A stretch of DNA of 64,000 nucleotides from an uncultured Chloroflexia bacterium (GTDB lineage: Bacteria > Chloroflexota > Limnocylindria > Limnocylindrales > CSP1-4). The position numbers and the translations under genes were made by a program. The notes under the pieces were generated by a model, which was not told the DNA's origin, did no database searches, and saw only the letters and a list, made by a program, of their open reading frames with translations. The DNA lies in assembly GCA_963719285.1 (NCBI GenBank), contig CAVRBO010000004.1, positions 842,064-906,063 of the forward strand, read 5' to 3'. Position 1 is the first letter of the stretch; each line of letters starts with the position of its first letter. Below, one piece after another: positions 1-9,408 of the stretch.

Positions 1-1096
1 CGACGATGCCCTGTGCCTCGAGCCAGCGCTCCGCGTCGATCGCGGCCTTGCAGCCGTCGGCGGCGGCCGTGACCGCCTGCCGGTAGCGGTGGTCGTGGAC
101 GTCGCCGGCGATGAACACGCCGTCGATCTTCGAGCCGGTCTCGTCGTGCACGACGAGGTAGCCCTTGGCGTCCACCTCGAGCGCGTCGCGGAAGACGTCG
201 GTGTTCGGGCGGTGGCCGATGGCGATGAACAGCCCCTCCGCGTCCATCGTCCGCAGTTCGTCCGTGACGGTGTCGCGGAGACGGAGGCCCTCCACGTGGG
301 CATCGCCGAGGACCTCCTCGACGGCCGTATTCGTGTGAACCTCGATCTTGGGGTTGTCATGGGCCCGGTCGACCATGATCTTGCTGCCCCGGAAAGCGTC
401 GCGCCGGTGGAGCAGATGGACCTTCGACGCGAACCGGGTCAGGTACGTCGCCTCCTCGAGGGCCGTGTCGCCGCCGCCGACGACCGCGATCTCCTTGTCC
501 CGGAAGAAGAAGCCATCGCACGTGGCGCAGGCCGACACGCCCCGTCCACGGAGGCGCTCTTCGCTCTCCAGGCCGAGCCACATCGCCGACGCGCCGGTCG
601 CGATGATGACCGCCTGGGCGCGGTACTCCTGCCCGCGAGCCCACAGGCCGAAAGGTCGCGAGGAGAAGTCCACCCGGTCGACGTCCACGTCGAAGATGCG
701 CGTCCCGAACCGCTCGGCCTGGGTACGGAAGGCGGCCATGAGGTCCGGACCCTGGATCCCGTCCGGGAAGCCCGGGTAGTTCTCGACGTCGCTCGTGAGC
801 ATGAGCTGACCACCGGCGGCCGAGCCGGCGATGACGATCGGAGAGAGGTTCGCCCGCGCGGCGTAGATCGCGGCGGTGAGCCCGGCCGGCCCCGACCCGA
901 CGATGAGGACCGCCGACTCGAGCGGCCCGGACCCGGCACCGTCCGCGCCGGGTCCCGCGGGGGCGACCGCCGGGGCGCCGAACGCGATGGGCGCGCTCGC
1001 GAACGAGATGGGCGTGGCACCCGCGGGAGTGGCGCCGCCGCCGCCGAAGTCGATGGCGAGGCTCGGCGCCTGTGAGGTCTCGGGACGGTCCGTCAT
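1..1096 (-). CDS. trxB: Thioredoxin-disulfide reductase. The C-terminal few residues are cut by the window edge. It carries a roughly 55 aa Gly/Ala/Pro-rich N-terminal extension.
   Basis: Minus-frame translation gives AVLIVGSGPAGLTAAIYAARANL (FAD Rossmann), the redox-active SACATCDGFFF motif, the NADPH-binding IAVVGGGDTALEEA segment and the C-terminal AADGCKAAIDAERWLEAQG. The ATG is at 1096-1094. Confidence 0.85.
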   Translation of the reverse strand, partial: MTDRPETSQAPSLAIDFGGGGATPAGATPISFASAPIAFGAPAVAPAGPGADGAGSGPLESAVLIVGSGPAGLTAAIYAARANLSPIVIAGSAAGGQLMLTSDVENYPGFPDGIQGPDLMAAFRTQAERFGTRIFDVDVDRVDFSSRPFGLWARGQEYRAQAVIIATGASAMWLGLESEERLRGRGVSACATCDGFFFRDKEIAVVGGGDTALEEATYLTRFASKVHLLHRRDAFRGSKIMVDRAHDNPKIEVHTNTAVEEVLGDAHVEGLRLRDTVTDELRTMDAEGLFIAIGHRPNTDVFRDALEVDAKGYLVVHDETGSKIDGVFIAGDVHDHRYRQAVTAAADGCKAAIDAERWLEAQGIV

Positions 1097-1151
1097 GTCG
1101 TCATCCTAGCATGTCGCCCATACTCCGGGGGAGTATCTACCCGAGGGTCCG

Positions 1152-2046
1152 TCACAGGTCGCGCAGCTGCGGGATGATCGCCGCCCCGATCGTCTCGACC
1201 GTCCCCGGGTCGACCCGATGCGGGCTCAGGATGACGTGCTGGACGCCCGCGTCGGCGAGATCGCCGAAACGGTCAACGAGCAGGGTCGGCGCACTCGCTC
1301 CTCGGGCGCCCTCGGGGGTCATCTCCACGCCCTGCAGGTTCGAGCGCTCGATCTCGTCGTACGGCCGCCCGACCGCGGCGCAGTGCTCGGCCAGGATCCC
1401 GTACTTGCGGTGGACGGTCTCCGGGCCACCGAACACGTTGCATGCGTCGGCGTACTGGGCGACCAGCCGGAGCGTCTTCCGTTCGCCGCCGCCGCCGACC
1501 ATGATCGGCGGGTGGGGCTTCGTGAGCGGGGCCGGGCTGTTGAGCATCCGCGTCGCGTGGACATGATGGCCGTCGAGGGCCGCCTCCGTGCCGCGCTCAC
1601 CGGCCCACATCGCATGGGCGACCCGAAGCGTGTCCTCGAGCAGCTCGAACCGCTCGCCCAGCGGCGGGAAGGCGAACCCGAGGCCGCGCGACTCCTCCTC
1701 GTTCCACGCCGCGCCGATGCCGAGCCAGGCCCGCCCGCCGGACAGGACATCCAGCGTGGTCGCCGACTTGACCCACAGCGCCGGCTGGCGGTAGTGGACG
1801 CCGCCGACCATGAGCCCGAGCCGGGCGCGCGAAGTGTGCGCCGCCAGGTAGCCGAGCGTCGTCCAGCCCTCGAGCATCGGATCGGTCGCCGGGCCGACGC
1901 CGCGGATCTGGAAGAAGTGGTCCATCACCCAGATCGAATCGAACCCCACGTCGTCGGCGATCCGGGCGATGCGCCCGAGGGTGGGGCCGATCATCGCCGG
2001 GCCGCCCGGGAAGTCGAACGCCGGGATCTGCAGGCCGAGCTTCATG
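1152..2046 (-). CDS. LLM-class (luciferase-like) F420-dependent oxidoreductase
   Basis: MKLGLQIPAFDF...IWVMDHFFQ...LGIGAAWNEEE... is typical of the luciferase-like monooxygenase / F420-dependent reductase family. The start is taken at MKLGLQ (ATG 2046-2044) inside the longer ORF 1152..2315. Confidence 0.8.
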
Positions 2047-2127
2047 GCCAGAGGGTAGCGGCGGTCGCGCCGGGACGCGGTCGGCGGCACGTGGCGAGGG
2101 TGGGCGGCGCCGAGGGGGCCGGGCCGG

Positions 2128-2907
2128 TCAGCGGAAGAGGTCGTTGTCCGCGGGGATGAGCGCGTCGGCGATGGTGGCCTCGGCCCGGGACGGGGACGCG
2201 CCGCGGACCAGGGCGACCGGCCGCCGGCCCAGCTTGCCGAGCGCGAGCTCGGCGGCCGAGGCGATCTCGTCGGCGACCGCCCGGATCGTCGTCCGCATGA
2301 CCCGTCCGTCGACATCCTTCGTGGCCCGCAGGTCGTCGAGCGGGGCGATCCCGCTCACGCCGATCGCGACATCGGTGACCCCCCACCGCCAGGGCCGGCC
2401 GAACGTGTCCGACACGATGACCGGGACGTCCACCCCGGTCCGGGCCGAGACGGCCGTCCGGATGGCGGTGGCCGAGGCGTCCGGGTCGCGCGGCAGCAGG
2501 AGGACGATGTCGCCGCTGCCGGGGCCGACATTCGAGGCGTCCACGCCACCGTTCGCGCAGACGAAGCCGTGCGGCGTCTCGGTGATGATCACGCCGTTGC
2601 CCATCCGGACGACCCGACGCGCCTCGCGCAACACGACCTCGATCTGGCGCGGGTCACGGCCCCAGCGCAGGCCGAAGGCCACGGCCTCCGGCCGCGGCTC
2701 GACCGTCCGCAGGTCGACCACCGCTCCCTCCGCCTTCGAGACGATCTTGGACGTGACGACGAGGACGTCGTCCTGGCGCAGGGGCCCGAGGCCGGTGTCC
2801 GCGGCGACCGCGTCGGACAGGGCTCCGGCGATCAGGGCGGGCAGGTCCGTGCCGGCCTCGATCTCGGGCAGGCCGTCGATCGTGAAGACCTCGAGGACCG
2901 CGCCCAC
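2128..2907 (-). CDS. cofE: Coenzyme F420-0:L-glutamate ligase (CofE / FbiB N-terminal domain)
   Basis: The 259 aa product with GLPEIEAGTDLPALI...VLVVTSKIVSKAEG...ETPHGFVCANGGVD matches the CofE family. It lies immediately downstream of cofC and cofD. Confidence 0.85.
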   Translation of the reverse strand: MGAVLEVFTIDGLPEIEAGTDLPALIAGALSDAVAADTGLGPLRQDDVLVVTSKIVSKAEGAVVDLRTVEPRPEAVAFGLRWGRDPRQIEVVLREARRVVRMGNGVIITETPHGFVCANGGVDASNVGPGSGDIVLLLPRDPDASATAIRTAVSARTGVDVPVIVSDTFGRPWRWGVTDVAIGVSGIAPLDDLRATKDVDGRVMRTTIRAVADEIASAAELALGKLGRRPVALVRGASPSRAEATIADALIPADNDLFR

Positions 2908-2909
2908 GA

Positions 2910-3566
2910 TCAGCCTGGCCCGTCCTGCGCGTGGGCCATCTCGTCCACGAGGAGCAGGTCGTCGGGCGTGTCGAGGTCGATCCCGAGAGGCCCGTCGCGC
3001 TCGAGGTAGCGGGCGCCCGCCGCGCGCGCACGTTGCGCGTGCGCCTCGCGGCTGTCCCCACCGAAGGCGCTTGCGATCACATCCGGCGGGCGCAGGAAGA
3101 GCGCGTTGGTGCCCCGCCCGTGGCGGTCCGGCACGAGGGCGACGATCGGGTCGTCGTCCAGGTCCGCTTCGGCGATCAGCGCGTCGAGCGCCGCGCCGTC
3201 CACGAACGGCAGGTCGGCCGGCAGGACCAGGAGCGCCCGGACGCCCTCGGCGAGGGCCAGGTCCCGCGCCTCCTCCACCGCGCAGTTGAGGCCACGCCCG
3301 CGCTGGGGGAGGGCGCGTGCGCCGGCCGACCGGGCCAGCTCGAGCGTCGCCGGGTCCGGACTGACGACGACCACCGAATCGACCCGGCCGGCTGCCCGGG
3401 CGGCGACGATGGTGCCCTCGAGGAGGCGCGTGACCAGGTCGCGCCGCTCTTCCGCGTCGAGTGCCTGGCCGAGCCGCGACTTCGCCTCCTCGAGGCCGCG
3501 GATGGGGATCACGACCATGAGCCGTGGGGCCGCCTCCTCGGTCCGGGGAGGTGCGTCGTCCGGCAT
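2910..3566 (-). CDS. cofC: 2-phospho-L-lactate guanylyltransferase (CofC/FbiD)
   Basis: The 218 aa product with MVVIPIRGLEEAKSRL...LVLPADLPFVDGAALDAL is CofC-like. It is sandwiched between cofD and cofE. Confidence 0.8.
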   Translation of the reverse strand: MPDDAPPRTEEAAPRLMVVIPIRGLEEAKSRLGQALDAEERRDLVTRLLEGTIVAARAAGRVDSVVVVSPDPATLELARSAGARALPQRGRGLNCAVEEARDLALAEGVRALLVLPADLPFVDGAALDALIAEADLDDDPIVALVPDRHGRGTNALFLRPPDVIASAFGGDSREAHAQRARAAGARYLERDGPLGIDLDTPDDLLLVDEMAHAQDGPG

Positions 3567-3569
3567 CGG

Positions 3570-4514
3570 TCAGGCCCGGACGGCTCGGCCGAACGCCAGG
3601 ATCTCCCGGGCGAGTCGCTCGCGCGACGCGTCATCGGTCATGACCGTGTCCGTGATCAGCGTCCGCATGCCGAGCGCTTCCACGTCGGGCCCGAGCGCGG
3701 CGTCCATGGTGTCCAGGACGAACCCGTCGACGACGTCCACGTACAGCCGGGCCACGCCGAGGGCGGTCGGCTCGTGGCCAAGGCTGGCCAGCATCCGGTC
3801 GGCCGGGCCCCTGAGCGCCTTGCCGCCCACGATCGGGCTGACGGCGAGGATCGGGGTCCCGCCGCGGCGCGCGGCCGCGAGCAGGTCCCGGACCCCTCGG
3901 ACGGCGAGGATCGGCCCGATCGACACGATCGGATTCGACGGCGCCACGACGATGGTCTCGGCGAATCCGAGCTCGCCCCGGACGCGGGCCGTCGCCTCCG
4001 CCCGCTCGATCCCGTCGAACCGCACCTCGTGGACCGGCGGCGCCTGGTGGCGGTGGACGAAGTACTCCTGGAACTCGAGCCAGCCGTCGTCCGTGCGGAC
4101 CTGGGTGCGGACCGGGTCGTCGCTCATCGGCAGGATCTTGGCGGCGACGCCGAGGCCGCGCTGGAGCGACAGGCAGACCTCCGTGAGGCGCTCGCCGGCC
4201 TTGAGCCGGGCCGTCCGGACGATGTGGGTCGCGAGGTCGCGGTCGCCGAGACGGAACCAGGTCTCCTCGCGGTAGCGTTCGAGCATCGCCGCCGCGCTGA
4301 AGGTCTCGTCGCGGACTCCCCATCCCTGGACGCGGTCGTCAAGGCCGGCCAGCGTGTACATCACGGTGTCGTGGTCCGGACAGACGAGGAGCCCGTGACG
4401 CTCGAGGTCGTCGGCGGTGTTGACGACCACGGTCAGGTCGTCGCGGACGACCGCCTGGAGCCCGGAGGCGAGCTTCGCCCCGCCGACCCCTCCGGCGAGC
4501 GCGACGACCCGCAC
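3570..4514 (-). CDS. cofD: 2-phospho-L-lactate transferase (CofD/FbiA)
   Basis: (V)RVVALAGGVGGAKLASGL...VVVNTADD...GDRDLATHIVRT...PSNPIVSIGPILAV is CofD-like. I place the start at the GTG at 4514 (DVVRVV), not the upstream ATG at 4637, which lies inside the neighbouring LLM gene. Confidence 0.8.
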   Translation of the reverse strand: MRVVALAGGVGGAKLASGLQAVVRDDLTVVVNTADDLERHGLLVCPDHDTVMYTLAGLDDRVQGWGVRDETFSAAAMLERYREETWFRLGDRDLATHIVRTARLKAGERLTEVCLSLQRGLGVAAKILPMSDDPVRTQVRTDDGWLEFQEYFVHRHQAPPVHEVRFDGIERAEATARVRGELGFAETIVVAPSNPIVSIGPILAVRGVRDLLAAARRGGTPILAVSPIVGGKALRGPADRMLASLGHEPTALGVARLYVDVVDGFVLDTMDAALGPDVEALGMRTLITDTVMTDDASRERLAREILAFGRAVRA

Positions 4515-4518
4515 GACG

Positions 4519-5457
4519 TCAGGCCCCGACCGGGACGCCCGCCAGCGCCGCCCGCAGCTCGGGCAGGCGCTCGATCGTCTCTCGGTCGTACGGTGCCGGC
4601 AGCCGGACCATGACATGCCGGAAGCCGAGCTCGACATAGGGCCGCAGGGCGGCGGCGATGGCGGCGGGTGGGCCGGCCAGGTTGGGGACGCCCGAGATCT
4701 CGGGGATGCCGTTGTGACGGCAGAGGTCCTGGATCGCTCCGCGCGCGGCTTCCTCCGTGTCCCGGATGACGATCGGGAAGCTGATCGTCAGTTCGATCTC
4801 GGCCAGGTCGCGGCCGACCGCCGCGCAGTGGTCGCGCAGGACGCCCAGGTTGCGGGTCGCGTCCTCGATCGTGCCCGAGGTGTTCCAGGCGTCGGCCCGC
4901 AGGGCGACCGTGCGCAGGGTCTTCTTGGGCCCCGAACCGCCGACCAGGATCGGCAGGTGGGGTTGGACGGGCCGCGGTGCGCAGACCGCGTCGTGGATCG
5001 AATAGTGCGCGCCCTCGAAACTGAACCGCTCGCCGTCGAGCAGCCGGCGCATGATCGCGACGGACTCGTCGAGACGGTCGAGCCGCTCGCCGAAGCCGGA
5101 CCCGAAGTCGATGCCGAGCGCGTCGTGCTCGCGGTCGAACCACGCGCCGCCGATGCCGAGGACGGCCCGGCCGTCGCTGATGTGGTCGAGGGTCGTGGCC
5201 AGTTTGGCCGTGTGACCCGGCGGCCGGAACGTGTTCGCCCCGACCATCAGGCCGACCCTGACCCGCCGGGTGACTGCGGCGACCGCCGCCAGGGAGGTCC
5301 AGCCCTCGAAGATCGGCTGCTCCCACGGTCCCTGGATCGCGAGCAGGTGATCCCAGGTCCAGACGCCGTCCCAGCCGGCCGCCTCGGCCGCGACCGCGGC
5401 ATCGCGAAAGCCGACCCACGGGCTCGCCTGCGACCAGAGCTGGGCGCCGAAGCGCAT
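4519..5457 (-). CDS. LLM-class F420-dependent oxidoreductase
   Basis: MRFGAQLWSQ...WDHLLAIQGPWEQPIFEGW...LGIGGAWFDREH is luciferase-like. The start is taken at MRFGAQ (ATG 5457) within the long ORF 4519..6342. Confidence 0.8.
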   Translation of the reverse strand: MRFGAQLWSQASPWVGFRDAAVAAEAAGWDGVWTWDHLLAIQGPWEQPIFEGWTSLAAVAAVTRRVRVGLMVGANTFRPPGHTAKLATTLDHISDGRAVLGIGGAWFDREHDALGIDFGSGFGERLDRLDESVAIMRRLLDGERFSFEGAHYSIHDAVCAPRPVQPHLPILVGGSGPKKTLRTVALRADAWNTSGTIEDATRNLGVLRDHCAAVGRDLAEIELTISFPIVIRDTEEAARGAIQDLCRHNGIPEISGVPNLAGPPAAIAAALRPYVELGFRHVMVRLPAPYDRETIERLPELRAALAGVPVGA

Positions 5458-5480
5458 GGGCCGGTCGCCGGTGGGGGCGT

Positions 5481-6470
5481 TCACGCGTGGAGCTTCGGGA
5501 GGACGTCCCGGCCGAAGACCTCGATCCAGCGGGCCTGATCGCGGCCGACGTTGTGCAGGTAGACCTGGTCGAAGCCCATGTCGAGGAACCTCTGGATGTA
5601 TGCCCGGTGGTCCTCCGGGTCGGCGCTGATGAGCATCCGACCCTCGAAATCCTCGGGCCGGACGAGCTTGGCCATCTGCTCGAAGTCGAGCGGGCTCCTG
5701 ATGTCCTGCTTGGGGAACTTCATCCCGCCATTCGGCCACTCGACCATCGCGTTGCGCATCGCCTCCTCGTCCGTGTCGGCCCACGACAGATGGAGCTGCA
5801 GGATGTACCGGAACTTGGCCGGGTCGTTGCCCGCCTCGACGCAGCCCTCGCGGCACTTCTCGAAGATCATCTCGATCTTCGATTCCGGCGCGCCCACGGT
5901 GATGAGCCCGTCGGCGTACATGCCGGTCTTCTTGGCGGTGATGGGGCCGGCGGTCGCGATGAGGATGGGCGGCGGCTCGGCGGGCATGGTCCACAGGCGC
6001 GTCGTCTCGAGCTTGAAGAACCGGCCGTCGTGCTTGACGTCCTTGCCGCTGAAGAGTTTGCGGATGATCTCGATGGCCTCGAACATCCGGGCGATCCGCT
6101 CGGGTGTCTCGGGCCAGTAGCCGGCCACGACGTGCTCGTTGAGGGCCTCGCCCGAGCCGAGTCCGAGCCAGTGCCGGCCGGGGTACATGGCGGCCAGGGT
6201 GGCCGACGCCTGGGCCACGATCGCCGGGTGCATCCGGAAGCTCGGGCAGGTGACGCCCGGGCCGATGTCGCCGGTCGTCCGGCCGGCGATGGCCGTCATG
6301 ACGTTCCACACGAACGCGGCCTGGCCCTGCTGGGGGACCCATGGCTGGAAGTGGTCGGCGGCCATGACCCCGGAGAAGCCATGCTCCTCGGCGAGCGCCG
6401 AGTACTCGACGACCTCCGTCGGCCCGAACTGTTCGAGCATCGCGGCATAGCCGATCTTCGCCTGCGCCAC
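5481..6470 (-). CDS. fgd: F420-dependent glucose-6-phosphate dehydrogenase
   Basis: MAQAKIGYAAMLEQFGPTEVVEYSALAEEHGFSGVMAADHFQPW... (329 aa) closely resembles mycobacterial Fgd1 at the N-terminus and in overall length. Confidence 0.85.
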   Translation of the reverse strand: MAQAKIGYAAMLEQFGPTEVVEYSALAEEHGFSGVMAADHFQPWVPQQGQAAFVWNVMTAIAGRTTGDIGPGVTCPSFRMHPAIVAQASATLAAMYPGRHWLGLGSGEALNEHVVAGYWPETPERIARMFEAIEIIRKLFSGKDVKHDGRFFKLETTRLWTMPAEPPPILIATAGPITAKKTGMYADGLITVGAPESKIEMIFEKCREGCVEAGNDPAKFRYILQLHLSWADTDEEAMRNAMVEWPNGGMKFPKQDIRSPLDFEQMAKLVRPEDFEGRMLISADPEDHRAYIQRFLDMGFDQVYLHNVGRDQARWIEVFGRDVLPKLHA

Positions 6471-6471
6471 G

Positions 6472-6906
6472 CTAGTCCTCGAGCTCGATGTGCGTGCGTT
6501 CCGGGACGACCCGGAAGCTGATCCGGCGCTGGGCCTCGAACCGGGCGATCGAGACGCGCGCCTCGCGGGGCGACTCGTACGCGCGAGCCATGGCGGCGAT
6601 GTCGGCCTGCGCCGTCGCCTGGTCCTCGACGGGCTCGGCGGTGCCGTCCACGGACACCCAATCGTGTCCGTCGCTCACGGTCAGCGACAGCCGCGGATCG
6701 CGCAGGAGGTTCGTGGGCCAGCGTCGACCCACGAGACTGTTGAGCACGATGGTGTCGTCGTCGAGTCGGTACCAGACGAGCACCTGGCGGGGCCGGCCGT
6801 CGGGGTCGAGCGTGACCACGACCGCGTGGCGGTGGGGCACGCGGAGGAAGTCGAGGACCTCGTCCGGCAGGGCCGCTGCCGGCCCCGCGGTGACTGGTTC
6901 GAGCAT
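6472..6906 (-). CDS. PPOX-class F420-dependent enzyme (pyridoxamine 5'-phosphate oxidase-like split-barrel)
   Basis: The 144 aa product, LDFLRVPHRHAVVVTLDPDGRPRQVLVWYRLDDDTIVLNS, has the typical PNPOx-like fold signature. Its stop overlaps the fgd start. Confidence 0.7.
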   Translation of the reverse strand: MLEPVTAGPAAALPDEVLDFLRVPHRHAVVVTLDPDGRPRQVLVWYRLDDDTIVLNSLVGRRWPTNLLRDPRLSLTVSDGHDWVSVDGTAEPVEDQATAQADIAAMARAYESPREARVSIARFEAQRRISFRVVPERTHIELED

Positions 6907-7223
6907 GACGCGATGGTACGCGAGCGCCCGCCGGACCGCCTCGGCGGTGCTTGAGTCCGCGTTCGGCGGGGTCCGCGTTCCGCGGGGTCCGCTCGGCGGA
7001 CTGCGCGCGAGTGCTTGTCAGATGATCGTCAGGCGGTCATTCGTCACCGATCCGGCGTGCACAGACTGCCACGCTGGTCGGATCGTCGTCAGGTGCCCGC
7101 GTGGAGAGCATCTGACGAGTCCGGAGGCCCCGAACTCCCGATCTTGACGACGAGTGACCTCTCCATGACCACCTGACGAGAACCCGGGTGACCGTGCGCC
7201 TTCGTCCGGGTCCGGTCCGGCTC

Positions 7224-8453
7224 TCAGGCGCCGGCGGCGACCTTGCCGACGCGGGCCGGGACGCGGACGCGCTTCCTGGGGGCCTCGTCCTCTTCGATCT
7301 CCCCGAGCGAGCCGCCCGGCAGGAGGCTCGCCAGCGGTCGAGGCGCGGACGGTTCCGGGGAGGGCTTGCCGAGCAGGTACCCCTGGCCGTAGGTCACGCC
7401 CAGGGAGCGCAGCATGATCAGCTCGCGCCGGGTCTCGATGCCCTCGGCCACGAGCTCCGCGCCGATCCGCCGGCCGAACGAGACGAACGCCTCGACGAGC
7501 GCCTGCTTCGCGTCGCCGCGCTTGTCGCCGATGCCCCGGATGATCTCGCGATCGATCTTGATGATCGACGGCCGCAGCGCGGCGATCAGGGTGAAGCTCG
7601 CGTAGCCGGCGCCCGCGTCGTCGACCGCGAACCCGAAACCGAGCTTGCGCATCTCCCTGACGTGCTTGGCCAGGCCCGACGGGTCGGGGATGTTCATCTG
7701 CTCGGTGCACTCGAGGGTGATCTGGCGGCGGATCAGGCCGTGGGCCGTGACGGCTTCGGCGAACGCGGCGGCGGAGAACGTCGGGCTCAGGAGGCTGGCC
7801 GGCGTGAAGTTGATCGCGTATCGGCGGCGCCGGTCTGCCGGCGCCGGACGGGCCTCGTCGATCGCGGCGATGCGATCGAGGATCCGGGCGACGATGAACT
7901 CGTCGAGCTCCACCGCGCGGTTCGTGGCGATGGCCATCTCGACGAGCTGGGTGATCGATCCCGGGAGGCGCGGCATGTCCGGCCGGAACAGGCACTCCCA
8001 CTCGTGGACCTGGCCGGTCCGGAGGTCCACGATCGGCTGGAAGACGACGCTGTGGTGGAGGTGGAAGAACAGGTCGAGCATCTTCCGATGGGCGACCTCC
8101 ACGGACTGGCCCATGCCGACCCGCTCGGCGATACCGGACTGCTGGACCGCGGCCGCCAGGGCGACGAGGTAGCGGTCCGATTCGGCGATCGACGCGTCGA
8201 CCTGGACGAGGCCGTACTCCGGCGCGTGGGCTTCGCGCGCGATCTCGACGGCGCGAGCCTCGGTGAGCTCCCTGGCCGGCGCGATGAGGCACGTGCCTGA
8301 CTCGAGTTCGAGGAGCCGTCCGCCGGGCATCAGCTGGGCGAGACGGTTCACGAACCGGATGTCGCGAGACCAGAGCAGCGACTCTTCTGGACGTCGGGGG
8401 GGAGTGAAGAAGCGCATGTTCTCGGGCGTGAGTTGAGGTGGTCCACACATCAT
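7224..8453 (-). CDS. EAL-domain protein (putative c-di-GMP phosphodiesterase) with an N-terminal domain of unknown function of about 150 aa
   Basis: The product has the EAL-domain signatures ...ECLFRP... and DDAGAGYASF...IKIDREIIRGI...AEGIETRRE. I trimmed the start to MMCGPP/MRFF (about 8453) inside ORF 7224..8657. Confidence 0.7.
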   Translation of the reverse strand: MMCGPPQLTPENMRFFTPPRRPEESLLWSRDIRFVNRLAQLMPGGRLLELESGTCLIAPARELTEARAVEIAREAHAPEYGLVQVDASIAESDRYLVALAAAVQQSGIAERVGMGQSVEVAHRKMLDLFFHLHHSVVFQPIVDLRTGQVHEWECLFRPDMPRLPGSITQLVEMAIATNRAVELDEFIVARILDRIAAIDEARPAPADRRRRYAINFTPASLLSPTFSAAAFAEAVTAHGLIRRQITLECTEQMNIPDPSGLAKHVREMRKLGFGFAVDDAGAGYASFTLIAALRPSIIKIDREIIRGIGDKRGDAKQALVEAFVSFGRRIGAELVAEGIETRRELIMLRSLGVTYGQGYLLGKPSPEPSAPRPLASLLPGGSLGEIEEDEAPRKRVRVPARVGKVAAGA

Positions 8454-8536
8454 GCGCGGCCTCGCCCGCGGCACGGGTAGGCCGAGGGTACCGGTCCCGG
8501 ATAGGACCATCGTACCGGTCCCGTTCAGGCGGCCGG

Positions 8537-9229
8537 TCAGGCGATCCGTTCCCCCGCTCGGACCGGCACGTCGAGCCGATTCTCCGGGGGCGCGAGCGGG
8601 CACGCCCACTTCGGATCGAAGGCGCATGACGGCTGGTAGCTGAAGTTGAAGTCGCACACCAGGGTCCGCCGGGTGGCGTCGCCACCGAGATCGGCGCTCT
8701 TCGCGGCATCGAGCAGGTAGCGCCCGGCGCCGTAGGTCTCGGTCCCGTTCGTCGCATCGCGGAACGGGACGAACAGGCCGCCCGCGTAGCCCTCCATCCA
8801 GTACAGGGCGAGCCGGCGCGCGCCGTCCGGGAACGGGACGTCGAGGAATCCGATCCGGCGGAACGACATCGTGCCGCCGCCGCTGGTCGGCAGGGCCAGC
8901 GCGAGGCCGAGCATCGGCCGGGCGTTGACCGGGTCCATGCCCGGGGCCGTGGCGGCGGCGACGCTCGGGGCTTCATCGTCCGGCCGGACCTCGAGCTCGA
9001 ACGCGAGGCGGGCGTCATAGCCCCAATAGCGGCCGCGGAAGGTCCGCCGGTCGGCCGGCCGGAGCGGCGACTGGGAGTGCTCCCGGAAGAGCGACTCGCG
9101 TTCGGCGCGCCACAGTTGCCAGGCCGCGACGGGATCGTCCGGATAGAGGAACCGGACATCGGCGTACAGGCGGGCGACGCGGCGTCGCCAGTCGGCGAGC
9201 TCGAGCTCGGTGCCGGTCGTGTCGCTCAC
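8537..9229 (-). CDS. DUF1684 domain-containing protein
   Basis: LELADWRRRVARLYADVR...FNFSYQPSCAFDPKWACPLAPPENRL matches the DUF1684 signature. A GTG start at 9229 (VSDTTGT) is assumed. Confidence 0.6.
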   Translation of the reverse strand: MSDTTGTELELADWRRRVARLYADVRFLYPDDPVAAWQLWRAERESLFREHSQSPLRPADRRTFRGRYWGYDARLAFELEVRPDDEAPSVAAATAPGMDPVNARPMLGLALALPTSGGGTMSFRRIGFLDVPFPDGARRLALYWMEGYAGGLFVPFRDATNGTETYGAGRYLLDAAKSADLGGDATRRTLVCDFNFSYQPSCAFDPKWACPLAPPENRLDVPVRAGERIA

Positions 9230-9408
9230 CCGTGCATCGTAGGGCCGCCGACATCGCGCTGCGGCCATGCGCCGAGTCGGGGCGGCGCCGTCGACTGGAA
9301 TGTGCTTCGCGGGCGAAACGACCGGGACCCGAGGCCCGGACGACGACGTGGGAGGTCGGCGCTCGCGGTAGCATCGGGCCTCACCCCAGGACAGGAGGCC
9401 GGTAGCGG

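Noticed and set aside
2931-4613. 560 aa plus-strand ORF over cofC and cofD
   Set aside because: It is antisense to two genes with clear CofC and CofD signatures, with Arg/Gly/Asp-rich composition.
7018-9159. 713 aa minus-strand ORF spanning the EAL and DUF1684 genes
   Set aside because: It is extremely Arg/Pro/Gly-rich and low in complexity. It lies in a different frame over two genes with clear family signatures. This is a typical high-GC antisense artifact.
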